DNA of 64,000 nucleotides from an uncultured Gemmatimonadaceae bacterium (GTDB lineage Bacteria > Gemmatimonadota > Gemmatimonadetes > Gemmatimonadales > Gemmatimonadaceae). Shown here piece after piece: positions 31,940-40,890 of this stretch. The stretch's first letter is position 1, and each line of letters begins with the position of its first letter. The notes beneath the pieces were generated by a model. The model worked only from the letters and a program-made list of their open reading frames with translations, ran no database searches and was not told the DNA's origin. Both the position numbers and the translations under genes were made by a program. The DNA is taken from contig CAWBOC010000005.1 of NCBI GenBank assembly GCA_963790305.1, positions 160,001-224,000 on the forward strand, read 5' to 3'.

Positions 31940-34048
31940 ATGCAAGACGCGCACGAATTTCTGACGACGCTGGCCGTCGTTCTGTCGGTGGCGGCGCTCA
32001 CGACCGTTGTCTTCCAGCGGCTGCGCCAGCCGGTCGTTTTCGGCTACCTGTTCGCCGGTATGATCGTCGGTCCGCACGTCCCGATTCCGATCGTGGCGGA
32101 CGTCGCCATCGTGCAGACGCTCTCCGAGACGGGGGTGATCCTCCTCCTGTTCTCCCTGGGCCTCGAGTTCAGCCTCCGCAAGCTCATTCGTGTCGGGCCG
32201 CGCGCCACCATCGTGGCGGTCGTGCAGGGGGCGCTGATGATCTGGCTGGGATATGCGCTCGGACGTGGGTTTGGATGGACGAAAATCGAGAGCTTCTACG
32301 CCGGATCGATCATCGCGATCTCCAGCACGACCATCATCGCCAAGGCATTTCAGGAGCAACAGGTCAAAGGGAAGTTCACCGAGCTCGTTCTCGGCGTGCT
32401 GATCATCGAGGACTTGATCGCGATCTTCCTCCTGACCGTGCTGACTGCGCTCTCCCAGGGCACTGGCGTGTCGGCCGGCAGTTTGGCGATCACCGGGATG
32501 CGCCTGGCGATGTTTCTCGCCGGATTGATCGTGGTCGGGCTCCTGCTCATCCCCCGCGCGGTGCGCGCCGTCGTCCGGATGAACCGACCCGAGACCACGC
32601 TCATCGCAAGCATGGGCATTTGCTTCGCCGCCGCGCTGCTCGCGTACTCGTTCGGCTATTCCGTTGCGCTCGGCGCCTTCATCGCGGGGTCGCTGGTCGC
32701 CGAGTCCGGGGAGGAGCACACGGTCGCGCATCTCATCGAGCCGGTGCGCGACGTCTTCGCCGCGATCTTCTTCGTGGCGGTCGGAATGCTCATCGATCCC
32801 AGCCTGGTGGCGCAGTACTGGATTCCGGTCGTCGTCTTCACGATCGCCGTCATCGTCGGGCAGGTCGTCTTCGTGACGATCAGCGCGTTCCTCACCGGCT
32901 ACGGTACGCGCACGTCCATCCAGGCGGGAATGAGCCTCGCGCAAATTGGGGAGTTCTCCTTCATCATCGCGGCGATTGGGATCTCCACCGGCGCGACACG
33001 GGAGTTCCTGTATCCCGTGGCGGTGGCGGTGTCCGCGATCACGACGCTGACGACACCGTGGCTCATTCGGGGGGCGCCGCGAGCAGCCTCGTTCGTGGAC
33101 AGCAAGCTTCCTCGCCCGATTCAGACCTTCGTCACGCTTTACGGGTCGTGGCTCGAGCGCATGCGGGAGTCACGCGGATCCCGCGCGCAACGCCCGCGTG
33201 TGCGTCGGCTGGTGGGCCTGCTCGTACTCGATGTAGTCGTGATCGCCCTCATTCTCATCGGTGCCGCGCTCGAGACTGGCCGCTTTTCCACCCTGCTCTC
33301 CGGATCGACCGGCCTCTCGATTGGCGCGGCTCGTATCATTGTCATCGCTGGGATGGTGGCGATCGGAGTTCCCCTTCTCATTGGGTTCTTTCGAACCGCG
33401 CGCCAGCTCGGGACTCTCCTCGCGCATGAAGCGTTGCCCGCTGTCGAAAAGGGAGTCGATTTCGCCGCCGCCCCGCGTCGCGCACTCGTCGTCACGTTGC
33501 AGCTTACGGTGGTGATCGTGGCGGTTGTCTTCCTCATTGCCGTGACGAAGCCGTTCTATCCCCGGATTGGCTCCACGGTGGTGGTCGGTGTCGGCATCGC
33601 CATTTTGCTCGTGGTCCTTGGCATCACGTTCTGGCGCACGGCAGCGGACCTTTACGGCCACGCACGCGCCGGAGCGGAAGTGATCGTTGCCGTGCTCGCC
33701 CAGCAAATGGCGACCGAGCCGGCCGACGGCGTCGGCCGCAGACCACCCTCTCTCGATACCGTGGGAAAAATCCTGCCGGGACTCGGCGATCCAGTCTCGC
33801 TACGGATCGAGCCGGGGAGTGCGCTGGAGGGACAGACGCTCGCCGGGGCTAACCTCCGCGGGCTCACGGGTGCCACCGTGCTTGCGATCGTGCGGGGCGA
33901 CGAGCAGCTGCTGATGCCGTCCGGCCAGGAGACGCTGCGCGAGGGTGATGTGCTTGCCGTCGTCGGCTCGCACGAAGCGGTTGAAAACGCGCGGGCGCTC
34001 ATCGCGAGCGGCGCGAGTTCAGCCAGTCAGGGAGTCAGCACGGAGTAG
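31940..34048 (+). CDS. CPA2 cation:proton antiporter with C-terminal TrkA-C/RCK domain
   Basis: LLFSLGLEFS, ISSTTII, IIEDL, QIGEFSFII; C-terminal GATVLAIVRG...LREGDVL. Confidence 0.93.
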   Translation: MQDAHEFLTTLAVVLSVAALTTVVFQRLRQPVVFGYLFAGMIVGPHVPIPIVADVAIVQTLSETGVILLLFSLGLEFSLRKLIRVGPRATIVAVVQGALMIWLGYALGRGFGWTKIESFYAGSIIAISSTTIIAKAFQEQQVKGKFTELVLGVLIIEDLIAIFLLTVLTALSQGTGVSAGSLAITGMRLAMFLAGLIVVGLLLIPRAVRAVVRMNRPETTLIASMGICFAAALLAYSFGYSVALGAFIAGSLVAESGEEHTVAHLIEPVRDVFAAIFFVAVGMLIDPSLVAQYWIPVVVFTIAVIVGQVVFVTISAFLTGYGTRTSIQAGMSLAQIGEFSFIIAAIGISTGATREFLYPVAVAVSAITTLTTPWLIRGAPRAASFVDSKLPRPIQTFVTLYGSWLERMRESRGSRAQRPRVRRLVGLLVLDVVVIALILIGAALETGRFSTLLSGSTGLSIGAARIIVIAGMVAIGVPLLIGFFRTARQLGTLLAHEALPAVEKGVDFAAAPRRALVVTLQLTVVIVAVVFLIAVTKPFYPRIGSTVVVGVGIAILLVVLGITFWRTAADLYGHARAGAEVIVAVLAQQMATEPADGVGRRPPSLDTVGKILPGLGDPVSLRIEPGSALEGQTLAGANLRGLTGATVLAIVRGDEQLLMPSGQETLREGDVLAVVGSHEAVENARALIASGASSASQGVSTE

Positions 34049-34419
34049 TGCGACATCGCCAGGCGCTGCTGCACGACGACATCGATCTGCTGCCCTGGTC
34101 CCGCGGGAATGACGTCTGTCTGGTACGTCTGCGGGGAGCCGATCGCATCGATGAAGATGCTGAGACCGCGCGCATCGACGAAGCTCCGTGGAAGCTCGAA
34201 GACTTCGGTGTTTTGCCCGGTGACGGTGCCCAATCGCTGCCGCGAGCCGGATCTCGCCGCGTAGACGTTCACGTCGAGCCACCCGTTGTTGGTGATTCGC
34301 GCCGTCGCAATCTCGTCGAGTGCGATCAGGCCGGGTGACGAGCGCCCGGAGCGCAGGCATCCCATCGCCAGCGCGAGTATCGCGATCGCGATGATGCCGC
34401 GGAATGGTCGAGCGTGCAT
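34027..34419 (-). CDS. small beta-rich hypothetical lipoprotein
   Basis: Signal ending LAMGC; ITNNGWLDVNVYA...RLGTVTG; start could be as far up as 34443. Confidence 0.7.
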   Translation of the reverse strand: MHARPFRGIIAIAILALAMGCLRSGRSSPGLIALDEIATARITNNGWLDVNVYAARSGSRQRLGTVTGQNTEVFELPRSFVDARGLSIFIDAIGSPQTYQTDVIPAGPGQQIDVVVQQRLAMSHYSVLTP

Positions 34420-34467
34420 GTGGTCCCCCATCATGACGTGCATCGCACTGCCGGACTGGTCTACCCA

Positions 34468-34483
34468 TGCATTGGGGATACCA
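34468..34483 (-). promoter_or_regulatory. candidate sigma54 promoter
   Basis: Minus strand TGGTATCCCCAATGCA (GG-N10-GC). Confidence 0.45.
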
Positions 34484-34529
34484 GCGCGGAGGGCGAACGG
34501 CAAAGACGTCCGAATTCACACTCTCAAGA

Positions 34530-35078
34530 CTAGGGGGGTGTGACATTTGTCACCGGTGGACGCCGAGTGATCATCGTGGCTACCGCCGCCAGTCCGTTCA
34601 GAAGATGATCGAGCAGTGAAGGTGGCTGACCTGCCCAACGGCGCAGCACGTAGTTCCAACCGAGCTGGTAGCCGTTGCGTGTCTTGCGCGCGGCCTTGCC
34701 GAGGCGCTCCCACCCGGTGTGCACGAGATCGAGGCGCGTCTCCTTGCCGACGGCAGTGAAGCGCAGCTCGACCTGCTGGGCGACATCGGCGGCGTGCCCG
34801 GGGTGCCAGGTGAAGGTCACGTCATGCGGCGGATTCCACGTGAGAACCTCACCCCACTCGATGCGCCGGCCATCGCGCCAGACTTCGTAGATCTTTCCTC
34901 CTTTACGCCCTTCGAAGACACAGGTCGTGACCTCCTTCTGTCCCAGTGAATGGGAGCGTGATGGCCACCACGATCCGAACTCCGCGGTAAAGCGTCTGAA
35001 TGCGGCATCGACGCCCCACGGGACGACGATCGACTTTCGCACCGGTGCGATGACCTCTCGCGACGACTGGTCAACCAT
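34530..35078 (-). CDS. SRPBCC (AHSA1-like) domain protein
   Basis: VRKSIVV...AFRRFT...WWP...TWHPG...VELRF...TRLDLVHTGW. Confidence 0.9.
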   Translation of the reverse strand: MVDQSSREVIAPVRKSIVVPWGVDAAFRRFTAEFGSWWPSRSHSLGQKEVTTCVFEGRKGGKIYEVWRDGRRIEWGEVLTWNPPHDVTFTWHPGHAADVAQQVELRFTAVGKETRLDLVHTGWERLGKAARKTRNGYQLGWNYVLRRWAGQPPSLLDHLLNGLAAVATMITRRPPVTNVTPP

Positions 35079-35394
35079 TCTTCCTCCGTTTCGTGCCGGG
35101 TTCAGTGGCAGTCGTCGCATACGCGGCAAGCACATCGTCCCACAGTGAATCCACGTAGCGTCGTAGCTCGGCCAGCCCCTCCGGGCGTGCGCTGTAGTAG
35201 CGTCGTGTTCCCTCGCGGCGGTGCGTCACGAGCTTTGCGCCGTCGAGGACGCGCAAGTGCTGCGAGACGGCGGGCTGTGAGACGGCGGCCAGCTTCGCGA
35301 GCTCGCCCACGGTGTGCGCGCGGCGGCGCATGCGTTCGTAGAGCAGGCGTCGAGTGGGATCAGCGAGGGCGGTGAGAGCGGCTATATAGGTCAT
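35071..35394 (-). CDS. ArsR/SmtB family transcriptional regulator
   Basis: ALADPTRR, VSQPAVSQHLRVL, GTRRYYS. Confidence 0.94.
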   Translation of the reverse strand: MTYIAALTALADPTRRLLYERMRRRAHTVGELAKLAAVSQPAVSQHLRVLDGAKLVTHRREGTRRYYSARPEGLAELRRYVDSLWDDVLAAYATTATEPGTKRRKNG

Positions 35395-35398
35395 GGCT

Positions 35399-35432
35399 TA
35401 TGTAAGCTATCACTTATATATGCGCTCCGCAA
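35399..35432 (-). promoter_or_regulatory. sigma70-like promoter with overlapping palindromic operator (probably ArsR autoregulation)
   Basis: TTGCGG-N17-TAGCTT ending 9 nt before ATG; AT-rich inverted repeat TATATAAG-N6-CTTACATA (35399-35420). Confidence 0.6.
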
Positions 35433-35466
35433 GAGCCGGGCTTTCGCCCGGCTCCTGGTCGTACCG

Positions 35467-36240
35467 TTAGAGGCCGATGCTCCGAACGCGGAAGTCGACG
35501 TTGTCGCCGATCCACTTCCAGAGCGTATCCTGAGCCTCGGGCGGCGAGCCCTGGCGGTAGTGACGTCGCCAGGTGGCCATCACCTCGTCATCGACGGTCC
35601 ACATGCGCACGCGCCGGCGGGGGACCCGTTTCTCCCAGTGCACCGCGACCGTCGGCGCCGGATACAGCACGCGCACGGTCACGCTCTTCGAGATGTACTC
35701 GAGCTCGCCGAGGTCGATCTTCGTGTACATGGCGAGGCTGTCGCGCTTGTCCTTGTGCAAGTCTGGCAGCCCGTCGGTGAAGAGCACGACGTTGAGCGGC
35801 GACAGCACCAGCCCTTGCCGCTTGAGTAGCGTCGCCACACGTCTGAAAAATGGATTGAAATCCGTCAGCCCGTCCTTCGACGGATACTCGCGTCTCAAAT
35901 ACGACGAGATCTCCGCCACACTCATGCCCTGGAACGTGTGGATCGGCTGAAACGACTTCGTCTCGCCGGGCTCCTCTCCACCAATCGAGCCGACAAAGAC
36001 GTTCGTTGGCTTCTTGAGGCCCCCGAGGCCATGAAGATGGCCGTACAGGTAGTTCGCGGCGAACTCGATCGAGCTGTCGTAGCGCCCGCCACGGCGGAAC
36101 GATCCGCTCACGTCGATCCCGATCACCAGCGTCGAGCGCGCGGTACGCTGCTCCGCGCCCGACGGTGCGCACGCGGTGAGTGCCGCGAGCGCAGCGAGTT
36201 GCGCCAAACGGCGCACGGCCAAACGCCGCGCGCGGATCAT
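35467..36240 (-). CDS. vWA-like (MIDAS) domain lipoprotein
   Basis: LTAC lipobox (Cys24); LVIGIDVSGS (DxSxS), GLTDF, VVLFTDG. Confidence 0.75.
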   Translation of the reverse strand: MIRARRLAVRRLAQLAALAALTACAPSGAEQRTARSTLVIGIDVSGSFRRGGRYDSSIEFAANYLYGHLHGLGGLKKPTNVFVGSIGGEEPGETKSFQPIHTFQGMSVAEISSYLRREYPSKDGLTDFNPFFRRVATLLKRQGLVLSPLNVVLFTDGLPDLHKDKRDSLAMYTKIDLGELEYISKSVTVRVLYPAPTVAVHWEKRVPRRRVRMWTVDDEVMATWRRHYRQGSPPEAQDTLWKWIGDNVDFRVRSIGL

Positions 36241-37520
36241 GAGGCCACCCCAGGCATCGGGTCGCGCGGCGTGGGGATACCGCCAGCGCGACGGACCGGC
36301 CTTTCGACATGCGCGTGCGTGCGCGCAAGGTGCGTCGCCGCCAGCATGTCGTCCAGCGTCTTGAACGGCAGCGAGAACACACCGTGCGACTGCACGATCA
36401 TCACCGCGAAGTTCACCGCGCCGGCGAGCAGCTGCAGTACCGGCAGCGAGAGCAGCTCCAGCATCCGCTTCGCTTCCGCGTGGAACCAAGCCGTCTCGGC
36501 TTTCAGTGCGTCGACCGGCGCCTTCCACATCGCGGGTTGCACCGGCGGGGCCACCGCAGGCGTCGTCGCATCGTGCGTGATCGTCTGACGCGCGATCACC
36601 GCCAGCAATGCCGGCGTCCCGAAGCGACCAAAGAGGAACCACGACATTCCGCGCACGCCCATCCAGCCGAACGAGGCGAGGAACAGCGTTGCCGCGAGAC
36701 CGAGACGCACCTCACCGCCCGTCTGTTGCGCGATCCAGGGCGTGATGGCGTCGATCATCTCGCGATACAGGAACATGACCTCGAAGAACATGACCGCACT
36801 TTCGACGATCAGCATCTGCACGATGTCGCTCACCTTCTTCTGCCGAACCGCCGACGCGAGCACCTGCATACAGGCGAAGCTTCCGGCGACGAGCATGAAG
36901 AGGAAGACCCAGAGCAGCGGGACCATCACGCGCGGGTTCGGCTCGAACCCGGTGAGCCCCGCGAAGACCTCGACGAGGGTCGGGTTCAGCGTGAAGGTGA
37001 AGATCGTCGCTTCAACGCCCGTCCAGAGGAGCAGGACGAGGAACGCAACCCACGGCACACCAGGCTGGAAGTAGCGGCGCGTGCTCCAGTCGAGCAGGGA
37101 GAACGGCGAGCGCACCATTCCAACGATGAGATTCTTGAAGAAGAGCCAGGTGAATCGCAGCACGCCGATGACCCATCCCACCAGCGCGACGCCGACCCGG
37201 ACGAAGCCCATCCAGAAGAGCCAGATGCACCGTCCCGCGTCCCACCATGCGAGGAGGAGCGCGGTGATGTAGCTCCCACGGCCCGAGCGGAAGGGGAGCG
37301 TGTAGAGCGAGAGCATCGTACACCAGACCCCCACAATGACGAGCAGCGCGGGGAGCAGGAGAGTGGCGCTCACGAGCACAATGCCGGCGACGCTGTCACC
37401 GATCATCGAGGGGCGGAGGAGCGTGGCTTGTAGCTCGGGAATCCAGCGCAGCGGCGACAGCAGCACGGTGACCGTCGCACGCCATTCGGCGGGAAAGAGC
37501 TCCACGATCGCGTCGAACAT
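36237..37520 (-). CDS. hypothetical multi-pass membrane protein (427 aa)
   Basis: About 8-9 hydrophobic segments; ATG 37520 with GAGG SD; ATGA overlap with the vWA gene. Confidence 0.8.
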   Translation of the reverse strand: MFDAIVELFPAEWRATVTVLLSPLRWIPELQATLLRPSMIGDSVAGIVLVSATLLLPALLVIVGVWCTMLSLYTLPFRSGRGSYITALLLAWWDAGRCIWLFWMGFVRVGVALVGWVIGVLRFTWLFFKNLIVGMVRSPFSLLDWSTRRYFQPGVPWVAFLVLLLWTGVEATIFTFTLNPTLVEVFAGLTGFEPNPRVMVPLLWVFLFMLVAGSFACMQVLASAVRQKKVSDIVQMLIVESAVMFFEVMFLYREMIDAITPWIAQQTGGEVRLGLAATLFLASFGWMGVRGMSWFLFGRFGTPALLAVIARQTITHDATTPAVAPPVQPAMWKAPVDALKAETAWFHAEAKRMLELLSLPVLQLLAGAVNFAVMIVQSHGVFSLPFKTLDDMLAATHLARTHAHVERPVRRAGGIPTPRDPMPGVAS

Positions 37521-37809
37521 GGAGAGGTGCCTCGGCAAGGGGGCGCGCCCGCCGCGGCCTAACGACTGGCCGCGGAGGGGCGCGAGGGAAAAGTGCTTCT
37601 CTCCCTCGACGACCGAGGCGGGCCTGCCGTCTCCGAACCTACACCGGCTGTGCGCGCGATCACCCGAAGTGAGGCCAATGTGACCGTCATTTCGCCCGCG
37701 CCCGGACGGGTGTCGAGTTTCTTCGCGGCGTCGTGGGGACCGCCCAAAATGGGCTGTCGAGCCATCTCGAAGGGATACTTTCCGGACGTGGATCGCCGTA
37801 TGCTTCGGC

Positions 37810-38370
37810 GTGACCATTCTCGTCGCCATCGCAGCCGGCGTCGTGCTCGCGGCCTCCGCGGGACTCCGCGCATTCGTCCCCCTGTTCGCGGTCGGCGTCG
37901 CGTCGCGCACGTTTGGATGGGATGTCGCGAACGAGATGCAGTGGCTCGCGTCGAATACCGCGCTCACCTGCTTTGGAATCGCGAGCGCACTCGAGGTGGC
38001 CGCTGACAAGATCCCCGTCGTCGATCATGCGCTCGACGCCGTCCACACCATCATCGGTCCGATCGCTGGTGCGCTCGCCGGTCTCAGCGTCTGGCTGCAC
38101 TTCCCCCCGACCGTTGCCGCCGTCCTCGCGATCGCCGTTGGCGCGCCAGTCGCCGGGGGCGTTCATCTCCTGGCGGCTACCACGCGGGTGAAGAGCTCGG
38201 TCGTAAGTGGTGGAACGCTCAACCCCGTCGCGAGCACCGTGGAAGATGGCGTCACCCTTGGGGCGATCCTGATCGCCATCCTCGCGCCAGTGCTCGCGCT
38301 GGTGCTGGCAATCGTGTTGTTCGTGGTCGTCGGCCGCTACATCGTAAAGCGGCGCCGCTCACCCGCCTAA
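37810..38370 (+). CDS. DUF4126-like membrane protein
   Basis: ASAGLRAFVPLF, EVAADKIPVVDHALD, NPVASTVED. Confidence 0.88.
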   Translation: MTILVAIAAGVVLAASAGLRAFVPLFAVGVASRTFGWDVANEMQWLASNTALTCFGIASALEVAADKIPVVDHALDAVHTIIGPIAGALAGLSVWLHFPPTVAAVLAIAVGAPVAGGVHLLAATTRVKSSVVSGGTLNPVASTVEDGVTLGAILIAILAPVLALVLAIVLFVVVGRYIVKRRRSPA

Positions 38371-39540
38371 CGCGGCCGAGGCGACGCGCGCGGCCTCGGC
38401 CAGCACTGCGCCGCCGACAAAGATGCTGTCGTCCGCGGCGTAGAATCGCGGAGTGTGTGCGGGAATTGCTTCCCCACCGGCTTCGCATGCACCCACCCGC
38501 AAGAAACAGCCGGGCATCCGCTCCATGTAGTAGGCGAAGTCCTCAGCGGCCAGATTCACGAAGCCAAGCGGAACAACGGATTCGGCGCCCACCACCGCGA
38601 TCGCCGCGCTTCGTGCCCAGCTCGCCGCCTCGATGGGGTTGACGATCGGCGGTGGTCCGAGCTCGACGGTCACCTGCGCCTGGAGGCGATGGGCCGAGGC
38701 CACGGCGTCAGCGATGCGCCGGAGCTCATCGTGCAGGAGCCGCCGCGTGTCGGGATCCGTCGCTCGCAGCGTTCCCGTCATCATCGCCCGATCCGGGATG
38801 ATGTTCGACGCGCTGCCGGCGTTGATCGTCCCGACCGTCACCACCGCCGCGCGTGATGGATCCAGCCGGCGGGAGACGATGGTCTGCAACGCGCCGATCA
38901 GCGCGCCCGCGCCGACAATGGGATCAGCGGCTTCATGCGGGCGGGCGGCATGGGCCCCGCTGCCGAGCAGCTCGATCTGGAAAGTGTCGGCCGACGCAGC
39001 CAGCGGGCCTGCTTCCGCCACCACCGTCCCCACCGGAAAGCGCCGGTCGACGTGCGCTCCGAAAATCGCCGACACGCCATCCAGCGCTCCGCTGTCCATC
39101 ACGGCGCGTGCTCCTTTCCCAGTCTCCTCCGCCGGCTGCAGCACGATGAGGACGTCTCCCGCGGCGGGGCGCTCGCTGAGCAGGTGCGCGGCAGCCACTG
39201 CCCACGTCGCATGCACGTCGTGCCCACAGGCGTGCATGACGCCGGCATTTCGAGACGAGTACTCGAGGTTGGTGTTCTCGTGAATGGGGAGGGCGTCAAT
39301 GTCGCCGCGAATCGCGACCACGGGCGCTCGCGCATCGCGACCGGCAATGCGCGCGACGACACCAGTGCCCGCGACGCGATGGAGCTCCTTGGGACGCACC
39401 GGTGCCAGCGCGTCGTTCAGCCGGTTCGCCGTCCGCTCCTCACGAAACGCCAGCTCAGGGTCGCGATGAATTTCTCGGCGAAGCGCGATCAGCGCCGCGT
39501 GCACATCGGGCGCGAACAGCCTCGCGACCGTGTCGATCAC
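38359..39540 (-). CDS. M20D family amidohydrolase
   Basis: HRDPELAF, RGDIDALP, MHACGHD, QPAEE, AEDFAYY. Confidence 0.95.
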   Translation of the reverse strand: MIDTVARLFAPDVHAALIALRREIHRDPELAFREERTANRLNDALAPVRPKELHRVAGTGVVARIAGRDARAPVVAIRGDIDALPIHENTNLEYSSRNAGVMHACGHDVHATWAVAAAHLLSERPAAGDVLIVLQPAEETGKGARAVMDSGALDGVSAIFGAHVDRRFPVGTVVAEAGPLAASADTFQIELLGSGAHAARPHEAADPIVGAGALIGALQTIVSRRLDPSRAAVVTVGTINAGSASNIIPDRAMMTGTLRATDPDTRRLLHDELRRIADAVASAHRLQAQVTVELGPPPIVNPIEAASWARSAAIAVVGAESVVPLGFVNLAAEDFAYYMERMPGCFLRVGACEAGGEAIPAHTPRFYAADDSIFVGGAVLAEAARVASAALGG

Positions 39541-40890
39541 TCGCGAGAGCGCGAGCGCCAGAGGTAGAACGCCGGCACGCCAAGCAGGACCAGGCCGAGC
39601 CCGACCGCCGCCCGCCCGGGCTGGCTCACGATCGTGTTGAGCACGATCGCCGCCGCCGAGGCAACGAAGAGGAGTGGCGTCACCGGATACCCAGGCGTGC
39701 GAAACGGGCGTGGCAAATCGGGCTGCTTACGCCGGTACACGAAGATCGCCAGGCCACCGAGCGCGTAGAAAAGCCAGCCGCTGAAGACGACGTAGGTCAA
39801 CAATTGCTCGAACGTCCCCGTCGCGGCGAGGAGCATCGCCCACACCGAGCTGGCGACGATCGCCAGCGCCGGCGTGCCGAATCGCGGATGCACCTCAGCC
39901 AACTTGGCAAAGAACACGCGGTCACGCGCCATCGAGAAGTAGAGACGGGGCGTGGTCAGAGTGAGGCCGTTCGCCGCGCTGAACATCGACACGAGGATGA
40001 CGGCCGCGATCACCTTGCCGGCGGAGGGTCCGAGCACCGCGCTCACGGCGTCCGCCGCCACTCGCTCGCTCGCCATCACCCCCGTCGTCCCCAGCGCCGC
40101 GAGGTAGGCGACGTTGGCCAGCAGATACAGAACGATGAGGAGCACGCGTACCGAGCACGAGCGCGCGCGGAAGCGTTCGCTGCGGATCGATCGCCTCGCC
40201 CGCGGAAAAGGTGACGTACTGCCACCCTTCGTACGCCCAGAGCACGGCGATCATCGCCAGCCCCACGCCGGCGAACAGCGAACCACCCGTCGCGCCGGCG
40301 ACGTCGGCCGCCGCGCCGGCGGCGGGCCATGTGCCTAACGCGAGCAGGAGGATGCTCATGACGACGATCGCCCCGGCCTTGATCGCGGTCGTGACGTTCT
40401 GAACGTCAGCGCCCTGTCGCGCGCCGCGGACGTTGACGGCCATGACGACCACCACCACGAGAACCGCTATCAGCTTCGCCACCAGGGGCGACACCGTCAC
40501 GAACTGCTGAAGGTATCGCGTGAACGCAACCGCGAGCGTCGCCACCGAGCCGGCGCCGAGCACGAAAAACGACGTCCACCCATAGAGGAACGCCGGAAGC
40601 GGACCGAACGCATCGCGGATGTAGAGATAGAGACCGCCCGCGTCCGGCTTCGCCGCTCCCATCTCCGCGAAGGTGAGCGCACCGAGCAGCGAGAGCACAC
40701 CGGCAAAGACCCAGACCGCGAGGGCGAGGCGCACGTCGCCACCGGTCTGCCGGAGCACCGGGCCCGGCACGAGGAAGATCCCCGATCCGATCACCGTGCC
40801 GACCACGATCAGGATGAGATCGCGCGGACGTAGCGTGCGCCGGAGGGATCGTGCGGGCTCGTCGGCGGCGCGCGGCGCCGGAGATGTCAT
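39537..40890 (-). CDS. APC family amino acid permease (frameshift near 40148)
   Basis: VIGSGIF, GGLYLY, WAYEGW, then in a second frame YLLANVAY...FSMARD...HPRFGTP. Confidence 0.9.

Noticed and set aside
26190..38371. Isolated GTTAGGC/GCCTAAC heptamers (about 26191, 37557, 38365) as attC cores
   Set aside because: No partner core or L-box similarity, and they lie in non-cassette context.
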